A stretch of DNA of 64,000 bases from Pecten maximus (taxonomy: Eukaryota). The stretch is from positions 17,236,001 to 17,300,000 of the forward strand of contig NC_047032.1 of assembly GCF_902652985.1 (NCBI RefSeq), in the 5' to 3' direction. A program made the position numbers and the translations under genes. The notes below the pieces were generated by a model. The model did no database searches. It saw only the letters and a program-made list of their open reading frames with translations, and was not told the origin of the DNA. How positions within the stretch are numbered: the first letter of the stretch is position 1; each line of letters starts with the position of its first letter. Positions 1 through 14,641 of the stretch are shown piece by piece.

Positions 1-257
1 TTCTGTTTATTACATTTTTTATCAACGAAAAACCTAACCCGTATGCTAACTAGGCCTACAGCGATAATTTGTTAACAAAAAAAGTAGTTCCTCCTGTCCA
101 GCTGCTGACATATATGTTGGGCTTTCTGATTGGTCAATTATTTTTGTATTTTCTAATCATTAATTTGATTGGTCAAATCAGCAAAAGTGAAAAATATGAA
201 ATATCACTTTTATAGAATGAATAATTTTTGATATTTCACTGGTAAAATTGTAATAAA
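1..257 (-). mobile_element. Partial copy of the hairpin-ended non-autonomous element at 17926-18376
   Basis: Its reverse complement aligns by eye with 17926-18215. Confidence 0.85.
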
Positions 258-2502
258 GTTTTATATCCCCATATAGCAATGAAAGAGATGTATTCCCTTC
301 ATTTCAGCGAGACAGATTTATATAACGTACAGAGAGATTGCTATTCCTTACAGAACACCGTGAGAACATTCGTGTTTGCAGGTTAAAGTATGAGACATTT
401 ATCGCTCAATGTATGGGGAATAGAATCTAGAGTGTGCTCCACATAAAGTCTCGCAAATCTCAGAAAGAGGGGAAATGTGCCACTATGATAATTGGCGTCA
501 ATGATCGCGGTTAGAAGGTGGTTTTGAAAAATAAAGAAGAGAGTGGAATGCTGGTCTCGTGATTGAAAAGGAAAAGGATGTGGTCACGGAGTTTGTGTAC
601 GGGAAAGTGTAACAGAAAACGAAAATAACATAATATTTAAGAACAAATGTGCAGTCAACTTGTTCAGAGAGTTTCAGAAATCTGGTACACGGAATCGTAT
701 CAATCGAGCGACTTCCAGAACAGGATAAGTAATACAAATGATACATTATATTTCTGGAATCTATCAGAATATGCTCATTTATCATTGTTTTTTTTTTGGT
801 ATAATAAACAATGTATGGCCCTAGTTGCATGGGAATATGAAAGTATTTTTACCATTTCACTAGCCATCGGGATATATGATACCATCGGGTAAATATATAA
901 ACCTTCATATTACCCTGCAACCTGGGTCATACATGCATAATATATGTGATCATCAGGGCCTGAATTAACGGCAATAACGTAGCAATGCGTTTTATTTCAC
1001 ATATTGGACATTGTATAACAATTAAATTTCATGTGTTTTCGATATCTTAGTGGAGAGAATATAATCGAAATAACTGTCATCATATGATTGTTTGATGTGT
1101 AATGAATAACTGATTTGTTCCAATGACTAAAAGTTATGTGACAATGAAATTATTAGTCACTGAAGGAAGTCGCAAGATAATATTACACTGATAAGCGTTT
1201 GTTTGCGAAGAATATCTAAAATTTAACACTGCAGGAAGCTTACGAGGCGGACATTATCAAGTCTGGAAATTTATGTCCTATATTCAACAATATATGTCTT
1301 CAAACAACGTAAGCGTCCCTCAAAGATTTATTTGCTAAGCCTTGTCAGCTTCATATACAATTACATATTATATGTCTATAAAGTCGAAACGTGAAGAAAC
1401 GTCCAATGTTCGTATTCTCAGAAAAAATACATTACAAGCCTAATTATCTCGATAACGTTGTTTAGCAAATATGAATTGATCTTTAATATTATCGTTTGAC
1501 AGTATTTGTTCTTGTCAACGAGAACGACATAACACATAAATTATGCACATGGGCTAGGAGTGGCGAGCTCATTTACTATTAAACACCTCACTGGTCGGGC
1601 GTTACAAACATTCTTTACTAAAATACCTTTAAATGCGCTATGCAAAACACTGTGTTATGAGCATATGTGCATTCAAATCCATTGTAATTACAGCCGTACG
1701 TGGTTTCACAAACGGATTGCATACTATTTGGTTGTTTACAAACCATTCAGATATGTTGATAAATGCTGTGTGTGTTTGAAACTGGTGCAATTTGGGAACG
1801 TTCAATTGCATGTTTTTTAAGGCGAACAATGCTTGGGATCCCCGTTAGTGTAAGTTTTATCGTTCATAACATTCGTGTCTCGTCTCACTTTAGTAGACGA
1901 AGTAGAAACAAATGTTATTGCATATTTCGACAGAACTGTGATCAAAAATAAATATTAGAATATTTTTGTTGAAATTTTGTTATGTTTCAGAAGTATCCCA
2001 ACGTTACGTTGGTTAGAGGCCAATAATAAAGTTATCAATGTAAACCCATAAACTTTCTCCCCTTTAAGTGATTTTATGTTTTTTTGATCATTATGTCTTG
2101 GTATAAGCACATCGTATTTTGCCTCATATTAGTACATTCTGCAATGGGGAACGCAGGTACTGTTTTTACACCCTACCTGCACGGCAGCTTACAGTGGACA
2201 CTTCTGGTCAAACAATTTCTACGCCATGTGGCCGTAATTATTACTACAGACTTTGCCTATATTTGAAATTCCAGTCAGTTATAGGTAGGTACCTGTGTTA
2301 TGTAGCTATTTATGTCTCCATGAACAGGGTACATAGTCTCGCGTGATACCAGCTGTATATCTCTTCTATCCAAACCCTGTACAGGCACTGTACCAATATG
2401 TAGACCTACTTATCTAGCGGACTCAATTCTTTCAAAATATTTCAAGACAATCTCATACATGGTATACTTCGTTGTTTTTTCACTTCACGATTGCAAGCTT
2501 TC

Positions 2503-5500
2503 TAGGACTAAAGTAATCTCTGTACACTCCTAGTACTACAGTAATCACTGTACACTCCTAGTACTAAAGTAATCATTGTACACTCCTAGTACTAAAGTAA
2601 TCACTGTACACTCCTAGTACTAAAGTAATCACTGTACACTTATAGTACTAAAGTAATCACTGTACACTATTAGTACTAAAGTAATCACTGTACACTTCTA
2701 GTACTAAAGTAATCACTGTACACTATTAGTACTAATGTAATCACTGTACGCTCCTAGTACTAAAGTAATCACTGTACACTCCTAGGACTAAAGTAATCAC
2801 TGTACACTATTAGTACTAAAGTAATCACTGTACGCTCCTAGTACTAAAGTAATCACTGTACACTATTAGTACTAAAGTAATCACTGTACGCTCCTAGTAC
2901 TAAAGTAATCACTGTACACTATTAGTACTAAAGTAATCACTGTACACTATTAGTACTCAAGTAATCACTGTACGCTCCTAGTACTAAAGTAATCACTGTA
3001 CACTCCTAGTACTAAAGTAATCACTGTACACTCCTAGTACTAAAGTAATTACTGTACACTCCTAGTACTAAAGTAATCACTGTACACTTCTAGTACTAAA
3101 GTAATCACTGTACACTCCTAGTACTAAAGTAATCACTGTACACTCCTAGGACTAAAGTAATCACTGTACACTCCTAGTACTAAAGTAATCACTGTACACT
3201 TCTAGTACTAAAGTAATCACTGTACACTTCTAGTACTAAAGTTATCACTGTACACTTCTAGTACTAAAGTTTTCACTGTATAATCCTAGTACTAAAGTAA
3301 TCACTGTACACTTATAGTACTAAAGTAATCACTGTACACTTCTAGTACTAAAGTTATCACTGTACACTTCTAGTACTAAAGTTTTCACTGTATAATCCTA
3401 ATACTAAAGTAATCATAATACACTCCTAGGACTAAAGTAATCACTGTACACTCCTAGTACTAAAGTTATCACTGTACACTTCTAGTACTAAAGTTATCAC
3501 TGTACACTTCTAGTACTAAAGTTATCACTGTACACTTCTAGTACTAAAGTTATCACTGTACACTTCTAGTACTAAAGTAATCACTGTACACTCCGAGTAC
3601 TAAAGTAATCACTGTACACACCTAGTACTAAAGTTATCACTGTACACTCCTAGTAATAAAGTGATCACTGTACACTTCTAGTACTAAAGTAAGCACCGTA
3701 CACTACTAGTACTAAAGTAATCACTGTACACTCCTAGTACAAAAGTAATCACTGTACACCCATAGCACTAAAGTAATCACTGTACACTCCTAGTACTAAA
3801 GTAATCACTGTACACACTTAGGACGACTAAAGTAATCACTGTACACTCCGAGGACTAAAGTAATCACTGTGCACTTCTAGGACTAAAGTAATCACTGTAC
3901 ACTCCTAGTACTAAAGTAATCACTGTACACTTCTAGTACTAAAGTAATCACTGTACACTTCTAGTACTAAAGTAAACACTGTACACTCCTGAGACTAAAG
4001 TAATCACTGTATACTCCTAGGACTAAAGTAATCACTCTACACTCCTAGTACTAAAGTAATCACTGTACACTCCTAGGACTAAAGTAATCACTGTACACTC
4101 CTTGTACTAAAGTAATCACTGTGCACACTTAGGACGACTTAAGTTATCACTGTACACATCTAGTACTAAAGTTATCACTGTTCACTTCTAGTACTAAGTA
4201 ATCACTGTACACTCCTAGTACTAAAGTTATCACTGTACACTCCTAGTACTAAAGTTATCACTGTACACTCCTAGTTTTAAAGTAATCACTGTACACCCCT
4301 TGTACTAAAGTAATCACTCTACACTCCTGGTACTAAAGTTATCACTGTACACTCCTAGTATTAAAGGAATCACTGTACACCCCTTGTACTAAAGTAATCA
4401 CTGTACACTCCTAGTATTAAAGTAATCACTGTACAACCCTTGTACTAAAATAATTACTGTACACTCCTAAGACTAAAGTAATCACTGTACAATCCCCGTA
4501 CAAAAGTAATCACTGCACACTCCTAGGACTAAAGTTATCACTGTAAACTCCTAGTACTAAAGTAATCACTGTACACTCCTAGGACTAAAGTTATCACTGT
4601 ACACTCCTTGTACTAAAGTAATTACTGTACACTCCTAGTACTAAAGTGATCACTGTACACTCCTTGTACTAAAGTAATCACTGTACACTCCTAGTACTAA
4701 AGTAATCACTGTACACTCCTAGGACTAAAGTAATCACTGTACACTTCTAGTACTAAAGTAATCACTGTACACTCCTAGTAATAAAGTAATCACTGTACAC
4801 TCCTAGGATTAAAGTTATCACTGTACACTCCTTGTACTAAAGTAATTACTGTACACTCCTAGTACTAAAGTAATCACTGTACACTCCTTGTACTAAAGTA
4901 ATCACTGTATGCTCCTGAGACTTAAGTGAACTCTGTACACTTGTAGTACTAAAGTAATCACTGTACACTCCTAGGACTAAAGTAATCACTGTACACTTCT
5001 AGGACTAAAGTAATCACTGTACACTCCTAGTACTAAAGTAATCACTGTACACTTCTAGTACTAAAGTAATCACTGTACACTCCTGAGACTAAAGTAATCA
5101 CTGTATACTCCTAGGACTAAAGTAATCACTCTACACTCCTAGTACTAAAGTAATCACTGTACACTCCTAGGACTAAAGTAATCACTGTACACTCCTTGTA
5201 CTAAAGTAATCACTGTGCACACTTAGGACGACTTAAGTTATCACTGTACACATCTAGTACTAAAGTTATCACTGTTCACTTCTAGTACTAAGTAATCACT
5301 GTACACTCCTAGTACTAAAGTTATCACTGTACACTCCTAGTACTAAAGTTATCACTGTACACTCCTAGTTTTAGAGTAATCACTGTACACCCCTTGTACT
5401 AAAGTAATCACTCTACACTCCTGGTACTAAAGTTATCACTCTACACTCCTAGTATTAAAGTAATCACTGTACACCCCTTGTACTAAAGTAATCACTGTAC

Positions 5501-8500
5501 ACTCCTAGTATTAAAGTAATCACTGTACACCCCTTGTACTAAAATAATTACTGTACACTCCTAAGACTAAAGTAATCACTGTACAATCCCCGTACAAAAG
5601 TAATCACTCTACACTCCCTAGTACTAAAGTAATCACTGTACACTCCTAGTACTAAAGTAATCACTGTACACTCCCAGTACTAAAGTAATCACTGTACACT
5701 CCTAGTACTAAAGCAATCACTCTACACTCCTAGTACTTAAGCAATCACTCTACACTCCTAGTACTAAAGTAATCACTCTACACTCCAAGTACTAAAGTAA
5801 TCACTGCACACTCCTAGTAATAAAGTAATCACTGTACACTCCTAGTACTAAAGTAATCACTGTACACTCCTAGGACTAAAGTTATCACTGTACATTCCTT
5901 GTACTAAAGTAATTACTGTACACTCCTAGTACTAAAGTGATCACTGTACACTCCTTGTACTAAAGTAATCACTGTACACTCCTAGGACTAAAGTTATCAC
6001 TGTACACTCCTTGTACTAAAGTAATTACTGTACACTCCTAGTACTAAAGTAATCACTGTACACTCCTTGTACTAAAGTAATCACTGTATACTCCTGAGAC
6101 TTAAGTGAACTCTGTACACTTGTAGTACTAAAGTAATCACTGTACACTCCTAGGACTAAAGTAATCACTGTACACTTCTAGGACTAAAGTAATCACTGTA
6201 CACTCCTAGTACTAAAGTAATCACTGTACACTCCTAGTACTAAAGTAATCACTGTACACTCCTAATACTAAAGTAATCACTGTACACTGCTACTACTAAA
6301 GTAATCACTGTACACTCCTAGTACTAAAGTAATCACTGTACACTCCTAGTACTAAAGTAATCACTGTGCACTTCTAGGACTAAAGTAATCACTGTACACT
6401 CCTAGGACTAAAATAATTACTGTACACTCCTTGCACTAAGTAATCACTGTACACTCCTAGTACAAAAGTAACCACTGTACACTCCTAGTACTAAAGTAAT
6501 CACTGTACACTCCTTGCACTAAAGTAATCAATGTACACTCCTTGTACTAAAGTAATCACTGTACACTCCAAGTACTAAAGTAATCACTGTACACTCCTAG
6601 GACTAAAATAATTACTGTACACTCCTAGACCTAAAGTAATCATTGTACACTCCTAGTAATAAAGTAATCACTGTACACTCCAAGTACTAAAGTAATTACT
6701 GTACACTCCTAGTACTTAAGTAATCACTATACACTTCTAGTACTTAAGTAATCACTGTACACTTCTAGTACTAAAGTAATCACTGTACACTCCTAGATCT
6801 AAAGTAATCACTGTACACTCCTAGTACTAAAGTAATCACTGTACACTCCTAATAGTAAAGTAATCACTGTACACTGCTACTACTAAAGTAATCACTGTAC
6901 ACTCCTAGTACTAAAGTAATCACTGTACACTCCTTGTACTAAAGTAATCACTGTACACTTCTAGTACTTAAGTAGTCACTGTACACTCCTAATAATAAAG
7001 TAATCACTGTACACTCCTAGTACTTAAGTAATCACTGTACACTCCTAGTACTAAAGTAATCACTGTGCACTTCTAGGAATAAAGTAATCAATGTACACTT
7101 CTATGACTAAAGTAATCACTGTACACTCCTAGGACTAAAATAATTACTGTACACTCCTAGGACTAAAGTAATCACTGTACACTCCTTGCACTAAAGTAAT
7201 CACTGTGCACACTTAGGACGACTAAAGTAACTACTGTACACGTCTAGGACTAAAGTAATCACTCTACACTTCTAGGACTAAAGTAATCAAGGTACACTCA
7301 TAGTACTAAAGTAATCACTTTACACTCCTAGGACTAAAGTAATCACTGTACACTACTAGGACTAAAGTAATCACTGTACACTTCTAGGACTAAAGTAATC
7401 AAGGTACACTCCTAGTACTTATGTTATCACTGTACACTCCTTGCACTAAAGTAATCACTGTACACTCCTAGTACTTATGTTATCACTGTACACTCCTTGC
7501 ACTAAAGTAATCAATGTACACTTCTTGTACTAAAGTAATCACTGTACACTATTAGTACTAAATTGATCACTGTACACTCCTAGGACTAAGTTATCACTGT
7601 ATACACTTAGTACTAAAGTAATCACTGTACACTGCTAGTACTAAAGTAATCTCTGCACACTCCTAGTACTAAAGTAATCACTGTACACTCCTGAGAATAA
7701 AGTAATCTCTGCACACTCCTAGTACTAAAGTAATCACTGTACACTTCTAGTACTTAATTAGTCACTGTACACTCCTAGTACGAAAGTAATCACTGTACAC
7801 TCCTAGTACTAAAGTAATCACTCTGCACTCCTAGGACTAAAGTCATCACTTTACACTCCAGTACTAATGTAATCACTGTACACTCCTACTACTAAAGTAA
7901 TCATTGTACACTTCTTGTACTTAAGTAATCACTGTACACCCCTTGTACTTAAGTAATCACTGTACACTCCTAGTACTAAAGTAATCACTGTACACTCCTA
8001 GGACTAAAGTAATCACTGTACACACTTAGGACGACTAAAGTAACCACTGTACACTTCTAGGACTAAAGAAATCACTGTGCACTACTAGTAAAGTAATCAC
8101 TGTACACTCCTAGTACTAAAGTAATCACTGTACCCTCCTAGTACTAAAGTAATCACTGTACACTCCCAGTACTAAAGTAATCACTGTACACTCCTAGTAC
8201 TAAAGTAATCACTGTACACTCCTAGTACTAAAGTAATCACTGTACACTCTTAGTACTAAAGTTATCACTGTAAACTCCTAGGAGTAAAGTAATCACTGTG
8301 CACATCTAGGACTTAAGTAATCACTGTACACTCCTAGTACTAAAGTAATCACTGTACACTCCTAGTCCTAAAGTAATCACTGTACACTCTTAAGACTAAA
8401 GTAATCACTGTACCCTCCCAGTACTAAAGTAGTCACTGTACACTCTTAAGACTAAAGTAATCACTCTACACTCCTAGTCCTAAAGTAATCACTGTACACT

Positions 8501-8697
8501 CTTAAGACTAAAGTAATCACAGTACCCTCCTAGTACTAAAGTAATCACTGTACACTCCTAGTACTAAAGTAATCACTGTACACTCCTAGGACTCAAGTAA
8601 TCACTGTACACTCCTAGGACTAAAGTAATCACTGTACACTTTTAGGACTAAAGTAATCACCGTACACTTCTAGTACTTAAGTTATCACTGTACACTT
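2503..8697. repeat. 28-bp satellite array (TACTAAAGTAATCACTGTACACTCCTAG), about 220 copies
   Basis: Direct 28-bp periodicity with no spacers. Confidence 0.98.
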
Positions 8698-10189
8698 ATA
8701 ATAAAAAAATTTACTTCGAATCACTGGTTTCAACTGAGGGGATTGGTTAAATAGGTCCAAAAAGGATGTGAAATGGTGGATTTATTTAACGATTAGCATC
8801 GTGTATAAATAGTATTGGATTTTCGGTACCTAAATATAGAATTTATTTTTAAACCTATCGCCACAGATATAAATTACCTATGTGAGCTACCTATTTAGTC
8901 TACATGGAGTCCATGTAGTGTGTACACATATGCGTGTTGTGCATATTGTTGTGTATTTAAGAAGATTTTTTTTTAAAATGTAAAAAGAAGTAAAGCCGTC
9001 CACTATAGAATAATTATTCCCTTAGCCGTCCAATAACAAAAGCTCAAATATCACAAATGTTAGCCAATTTTACATACAAAGAGCACACCCTTACCGTTCG
9101 GAACTTTTCTCCGCGATCCTTGATTTATATAACTACAGTAATGTGTATGTAGTCAAAACAATGATGGCTGACAAACCGGCATAATTGGCGACGAAAACAC
9201 CAACGGAAATGAGGAAAAAAGTTGATGATCAGCTGTCTAACGATGATTTTTTGATAAAAATGTTTTCAGTTAAACAATACCAAGTTTGGTATATAGTTTG
9301 TATGTAACAGACAGGTCTGGTATGTACATTTTGTACTTGGGTACATGCGTGAGGCTTACGCCGTCAAGATTACTAATATACGCAACAAGTCGAAGTGGTT
9401 TAAAGAATATAAAGTATAAGTACATCTGTATATGTACACTTATACTCGGGACTGTGTAAATAACAGAATCATGTATCCTGTATATCATCATATCCAATAA
9501 TTGTAACATACACACTAAGAAACGAAACAAATCGACTTACCTTGTAAATATATGTATCGTAGGTATTTCCCAACAGGTGAGATGTTTCTAGAAATAGACG
9601 AATTTTCACGACTCAAATATATCGTAGCACGTGACCATATGTCAGCACCTATATGACTAGACATAAACTGTACCCGGTTGTCGCAGTACTAGATATGTTG
9701 TACCAACGTGTGGTACATTATACATTCGGTGAACCTGACACCGTTTTTGGTTTATATATGTATATAGAAGACATGTATTACAAAACGTAGTAAACACGGG
9801 TTGGTCTCAAATAATACATTTTGATATTATCTGATTTGTTTGGTGACACATATTTACAGTAATGTCTCATACTCATAATCTTACTAACTCATACTAACAA
9901 ACAACATACCACTATCTAACATATACAAGTGTTAGAGAATGGCGTGTTGTTTTGTTAGTATGTGTTGAGACACACATATGCATTGTAATTACAACGTTAT
10001 GCCCCCCTAGCTCTTTGTTTAACAGATGAAGTTGAAAAAAAGTAAGTCCCTATTTCGACTGAAGTGTAATCAAAACATAAATATATATATATGATAGAGT
10101 GGTTTTAGGTCCCTGGAAAAAAAATAATGTGCTATAATATTAGAGGGTTCTCGTGTTTCTCATGAACCTGGGAAGCAGGCAAGTCTGTG

Positions 10190-10265
10190 CTGCTGTGTTT
10201 GTGTCCTTGGGCAAGGCACTTTACCCTAATTGTTTTGGCAGGCATATGACGGGCCTCCTGTATGA
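10190..10265 (+). mobile_element. Degenerate CORE-type SINE fragment
   Basis: GTGTCCTTGGGCAAGGCACTTTACCCT resembles the SINE CORE domain and the body of 20760-21056. Confidence 0.45.
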
Positions 10266-11093
10266 TATAAATTGCTGTAGACACCAACTACTACATTGAG
10301 ATCCCGCCTCAAACTAACCCTGTCTGTTTAGGGAGTGATAAAAGCAGTCGTTTATCAATTTATCCTTATCCCAAATGTTTGTTTAAGCATCTCTTTCCAA
10401 GTGTTATACAATTGAATCTTGTTAAATTCTTTTTCAAGACAAATACCACACAATGCCGTGATTAAATTTTAAACAATAAGGAAATAACAAAAACGAAGAA
10501 CTACTTACAATCCACATCCAAGGAAACCAATCACAGGAGTTCTATATGCAGGGACAGATTTGATTTTTTTCTCAAAGATTTTTATGAAACACAAATATGA
10601 TTTGAGCCATATTTTACAATTGTTAAATACGTTTTCAAAAATGGCATCTTCTCCTCATGGGTTTCTTATTTTAACAATATATCTTTGCAAATGTCTTACT
10701 ATACGTACAGTGCATCTTTATGCAATCCAAATTTTACGAAACCGCCACTTCACTAGCAAGTAGATCTGAATAGATGTACGACTCTGGGTTTAAATTATCT
10801 TATACGTGTGTTTATAAAAAAGATAAAAAGAAAAAAAGAAAAGAAAAGAAAAATACAGTACCAGGTAAACACACATTTCTTACAATATCAGGGCCTGATC
10901 TATGCAGTTAAATATTTTATCTCATATAGTAAACATTATCATAGGATATTTTATCCATACAGTTTATGTACTTAATAATTTACACTTTTTTCTCAGTGAT
11001 AGAAAAGGGGCAAACGTTTTTTTTTTACAATATTGTAATCAAATCCGATGTGATACCATATGACAGCAAAAAGTTGAGCACTGTATTTGAGAA

Positions 11094-12470
11094 TTTTTTT
11101 GTTTCAATTTATTTTTCATTCATTTTCAAAATTATTTACATAAGACATACAACACATCAAAAACACAAACGACAAGCATTTCATCATAAATATATAGACA
11201 TGCAATATATATTGTACTTAAATATTTAATAAAACATGGATGTTGTTGGAAGTACAATAACTGATTGACAAAAGTGTTAAATAAGCTGTGATATTTTACG
11301 TTGTGTGTAAAAGGGTAATATATATTCTAATTTTTGACCAAAAAGGTGAAAAATAAAAATAAAAAAAATAACAACAATAAAAAAAAAATAATAAAAAAAA
11401 AATAAAAAAATAAAAAAACCAGAAATAACACTAACATTTGTACAAAACAAAAACAAAATGTTTACATTTATGCACAGAGGAGAGTGTTATAATTCTAACA
11501 ATTGTCATATTTGTGTGTTTATCTGTTCTTGTCTTTTTGTCTTTGCTCTTCAAATTAAAGATTTTATGTGCTTTTAACATCCAATTTAATATGTTTTTTC
11601 AAACTATTAAGATTTAGTTATAATCCAAAACATTTATTTATGTGAATGTATTGATTTATAATCAGCATTATCAAGTTATCTCAGCTAAATTTCATGTATT
11701 TATTGATGTGTTTAACAAATTAGAATTCCTGTTTATCAAATCTTAAACTGAGTTTTTTTTGTATAATATTTATTCTTAGGTTTTCTATCAGATTAGATAC
11801 ATTATCACAGTCCCATGAAATGTGTGCTATTGATTCTGGCTGGTTTTTGCAGAAAGAGCAGAGGTTATTATTTGATTTTCCAATTTTGAATAAAAAATGA
11901 ATTTGTAATTAGTGTTCTATGATTTATTCTGTATTGTAACCATTGTAGTTTTGAATTTGAAGTGCCTTTGAAGGGAGACACATATATTTTTTCCATGTTT
12001 CTTCATTTATGTTGAATAAGTGGTTCCATTTTTGTTCAGCAGTAGGTCTGAGTTCATTTCTACATGATATCGTATATATTTCGTGAGCTCCTTTTTTGTT
12101 TCTCAGTATTAATATAAGATTTACAGGTATGTTAGGTAATATAATTCTTTTCTGAATTTAATATTTGTTGATTTTATATATTGATTTACAGAATTCTTAA
12201 AACATTGGTACATTGGGAAATTAGTATGGATATTATATTTTTCTCGAAATTCTTCGAAACAATATTTAGATTGATCATTCTTAATAATGTCATAAACAAA
12301 TTATACCCCCTTCTTAAAACAATCTTTATTTTATATAACTTTCCTATCAATCTGCAATGATATTTTCCTACCAAGCTTCCAATACCTCTTTCCAAAACAT
12401 ATTTTTAAAAATTTCCTTTACTTTTTTCAATTCCAATGTTTGCAAGTATTTGTTTGTCAAAATATGATTC
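11094..12470 (-). mobile_element. Decayed 3' end of an L1/Tx1-type LINE (zf-RVT region, 3' UTR, A-rich tail)
   Basis: Minus-strand translation ...QYRINHRTLIT...NNNLCSFCKNQPESIAHISWDC; AATAAA and an A-run at the left end. Confidence 0.75.
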
Positions 12471-12499
12471 CATAATAAGGCTCCAACTTCCTAATTTAT

Positions 12500-12990
12500 T
12501 GTACACTCCTCTTATCCAAGTATTTGAGAACATGGATAGGCTGACTTGGTACAAAATCTACAAAATGCCATTTCATGTAACATCAAACAAAAACCTTCAG
12601 TGGTTCCAGTTTAGAGTAATTCATCATGTTCTAACCACTAACTCATTCTTATTTAAAATTGGATTAGTTTCCTCCCCCCTTTGTGTACTATGTAATTCTG
12701 AACCAGAATCTATAACCCATCTTTTATGGGACTGTCTAGAAGTTCAAAAATTACTAGATAGTCTAGATTCAATAATTAAAGTGCTGATAATCCCATTCTC
12801 TGTAAATAAAAAAAAACCGTTTTCTTTTTGGCCTCCTTCATCAGAATGTCCACCCCAATAATGACAATAATGTCATTATCATCAGTCTAAAGCAATACAT
12901 TTACAGTTGTCTACAGCTCATAAAATATAAACTCTCTCATAAACATAATAAAGGACAATTACATGATTCAAAAATGTATACCGTGGTACA
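12500..12990 (+). mobile_element. Decayed 3' fragment of a second L1/Tx1-type LINE ORF2 (zf-RVT)
   Basis: ORF 12436..12861: WFQFRVIHHVLTTNSFLFKIG...CVLCNSEPESITHLLWDC, then frameshift/stop. Confidence 0.85.
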
Positions 12991-13038
12991 TATAAAATAT
13001 TGATGCATTTTGTAGTACATTTACTGTTTTAGACTGGC

Positions 13039-13067
13039 TGTGTGTGTGAGTGTGTGGGTGGGTGAGG

Positions 13068-13100
<33 letters not shown>
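13039..13100. repeat. (TG)n microsatellite
   Basis: Visible TG run. Confidence 0.95.
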
Positions 13101-13101
<1 letters not shown>

Positions 13102-13159
13102 TAATGAAATATTGAAAAGATCATGTATATAATTGATGTATTTATTGTATACATCAATC

Positions 13160-13505
13160 ATAAAACATTGATATGTTTGATAACATATTTTGTATGTGTG
13201 TATTTAGTTACTGTATAAGTGATTGGAGTGATGTGTATAACATTGATATGAGTTCTAGCATAGTTTGTATGTGTGTATTGAGTGATGTGTAACATGGATA
13301 ATTTTTCCAGAATATTCTGTGTATGTGTGGAGTGATTTGTGAAACATTGATATGTTTTCTTGCATATTTTGTATGTGTGTATGGAGCGTTGTATATAAGA
13401 TTGATATGATTTCTAGCATATTTTGTATGTGTTTATGGAGTGATGTGTTTAAGATTGATATGATTTCTATCATATGTTGTATGTGTGTATGGAGTGACGT
13501 GTATA
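13160..13505. repeat. Degenerate 54-bp tandem repeat, about 6 copies
   Basis: ATGGAG recurs at 13381, 13435 and 13489. Confidence 0.8.
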
Positions 13506-14299
13506 GCTATAAGTGGATAATAAAATCACATATAGTAAAGAAATTAGAAAACAGGAATGTTTTTCTAGTAAAATTAGTGTTTGAAGGTTGGTGGGTGCCT
13601 ATGTGATGCTGTGTGTGATTGATTATGCAGTAATTGATCAGGTTTAGATGTAGTGAATAGTAAATATGAGCAAGTCATATATGTAATGTGTGTACATTGT
13701 ATTGCTGAAAAAAAACTGAATAAAAAGTAAATTATAAATGAAAAAAATATCTTATACATTTTATTGACCAAATATATGTAATATGATAAACGACAATGAT
13801 ATTTGAAAGCAATGGATAATTGCTCACACCTTTACAAATGTTAGATACATTTGTCCTATGTAGAACACCAATGTGGGGTATCTCTATCCAACGTAGTAGC
13901 CTTTTTTTGCTAAGAATTGCCAAGCTTAATTCTAATACTAGATTATCTGACCCTATAGTTTGAAACTTATTGGGACCAAAATCATAAAGCTCACAATAAA
14001 TAATAATAAATGTGATCATTGACCTATCAATTCAGTCTTATGGTTACTGTTTCTCGAGCATTTATTTTTACAGCGGAAAACTAGATATTTTTTGTTGTGA
14101 AGCAAGCATAGGCGAAGAAATATGGCATGATGTCAAACATCAGACGGCAGGTTGCGGAAAGCCGATCACCTATGACAATCAGTAATTGATATTTGTTGTT
14201 ATCTTGACACATTTTCATGGTATCCCATATTTTTCCATCTTTCCAAATATGTAGTTGGTTTAATTGTCGGTCATCGAGAAAAACAATCAAAGTTTCTAT

Positions 14300-14641
14300 A
14301 TAGTTTCGCCATGTTGGATCGATTTCCCTATGCCTTTCATGAAAAAAGTGTGAAAAAAATAGTCCATCATATGTTAATATGTGGGATAGGATAATTCTTC
14401 CCTCGGGTGTAGAATTTCCCTATCACAGAAAGATAGGAATTCGCCATGTTGGATCGATTTCCCCATCCATTTCACGAAAAATAGTCCATCATATGTTAGG
14501 TATGTGAGGTAGGGAAACTCTAGAATTCGGGATAAGAATCGAGGCTTGGTCAGAACCTCGGCAAACCTCGGTTCTGACCCTAAATTATACAACCTCGGGT
14601 AGAATATCCCTATCCCACATACCTACATATGATGGCCTCTA
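14300..14641. mobile_element. Hairpin-ended element end with a local duplication
   Basis: Imperfect palindrome 14484-14636 centred on CCTCGGCAAACCTCGG and ending CCTCTA; TCGCCATGTTGGATCGATTTCCC occurs at 14306 and 14441. Confidence 0.65.

Noticed and set aside
498-2346. Short ORFs at the window start and similar 60-110 aa ORFs in AT-rich regions
   Set aside because: Composition is typical of random AT-rich frames, with no domains or exon chain.
2503-8697. CRISPR-like 28-bp repeat
   Set aside because: Units are head-to-tail with no unique spacers, there are no cas genes, and the context is eukaryotic.
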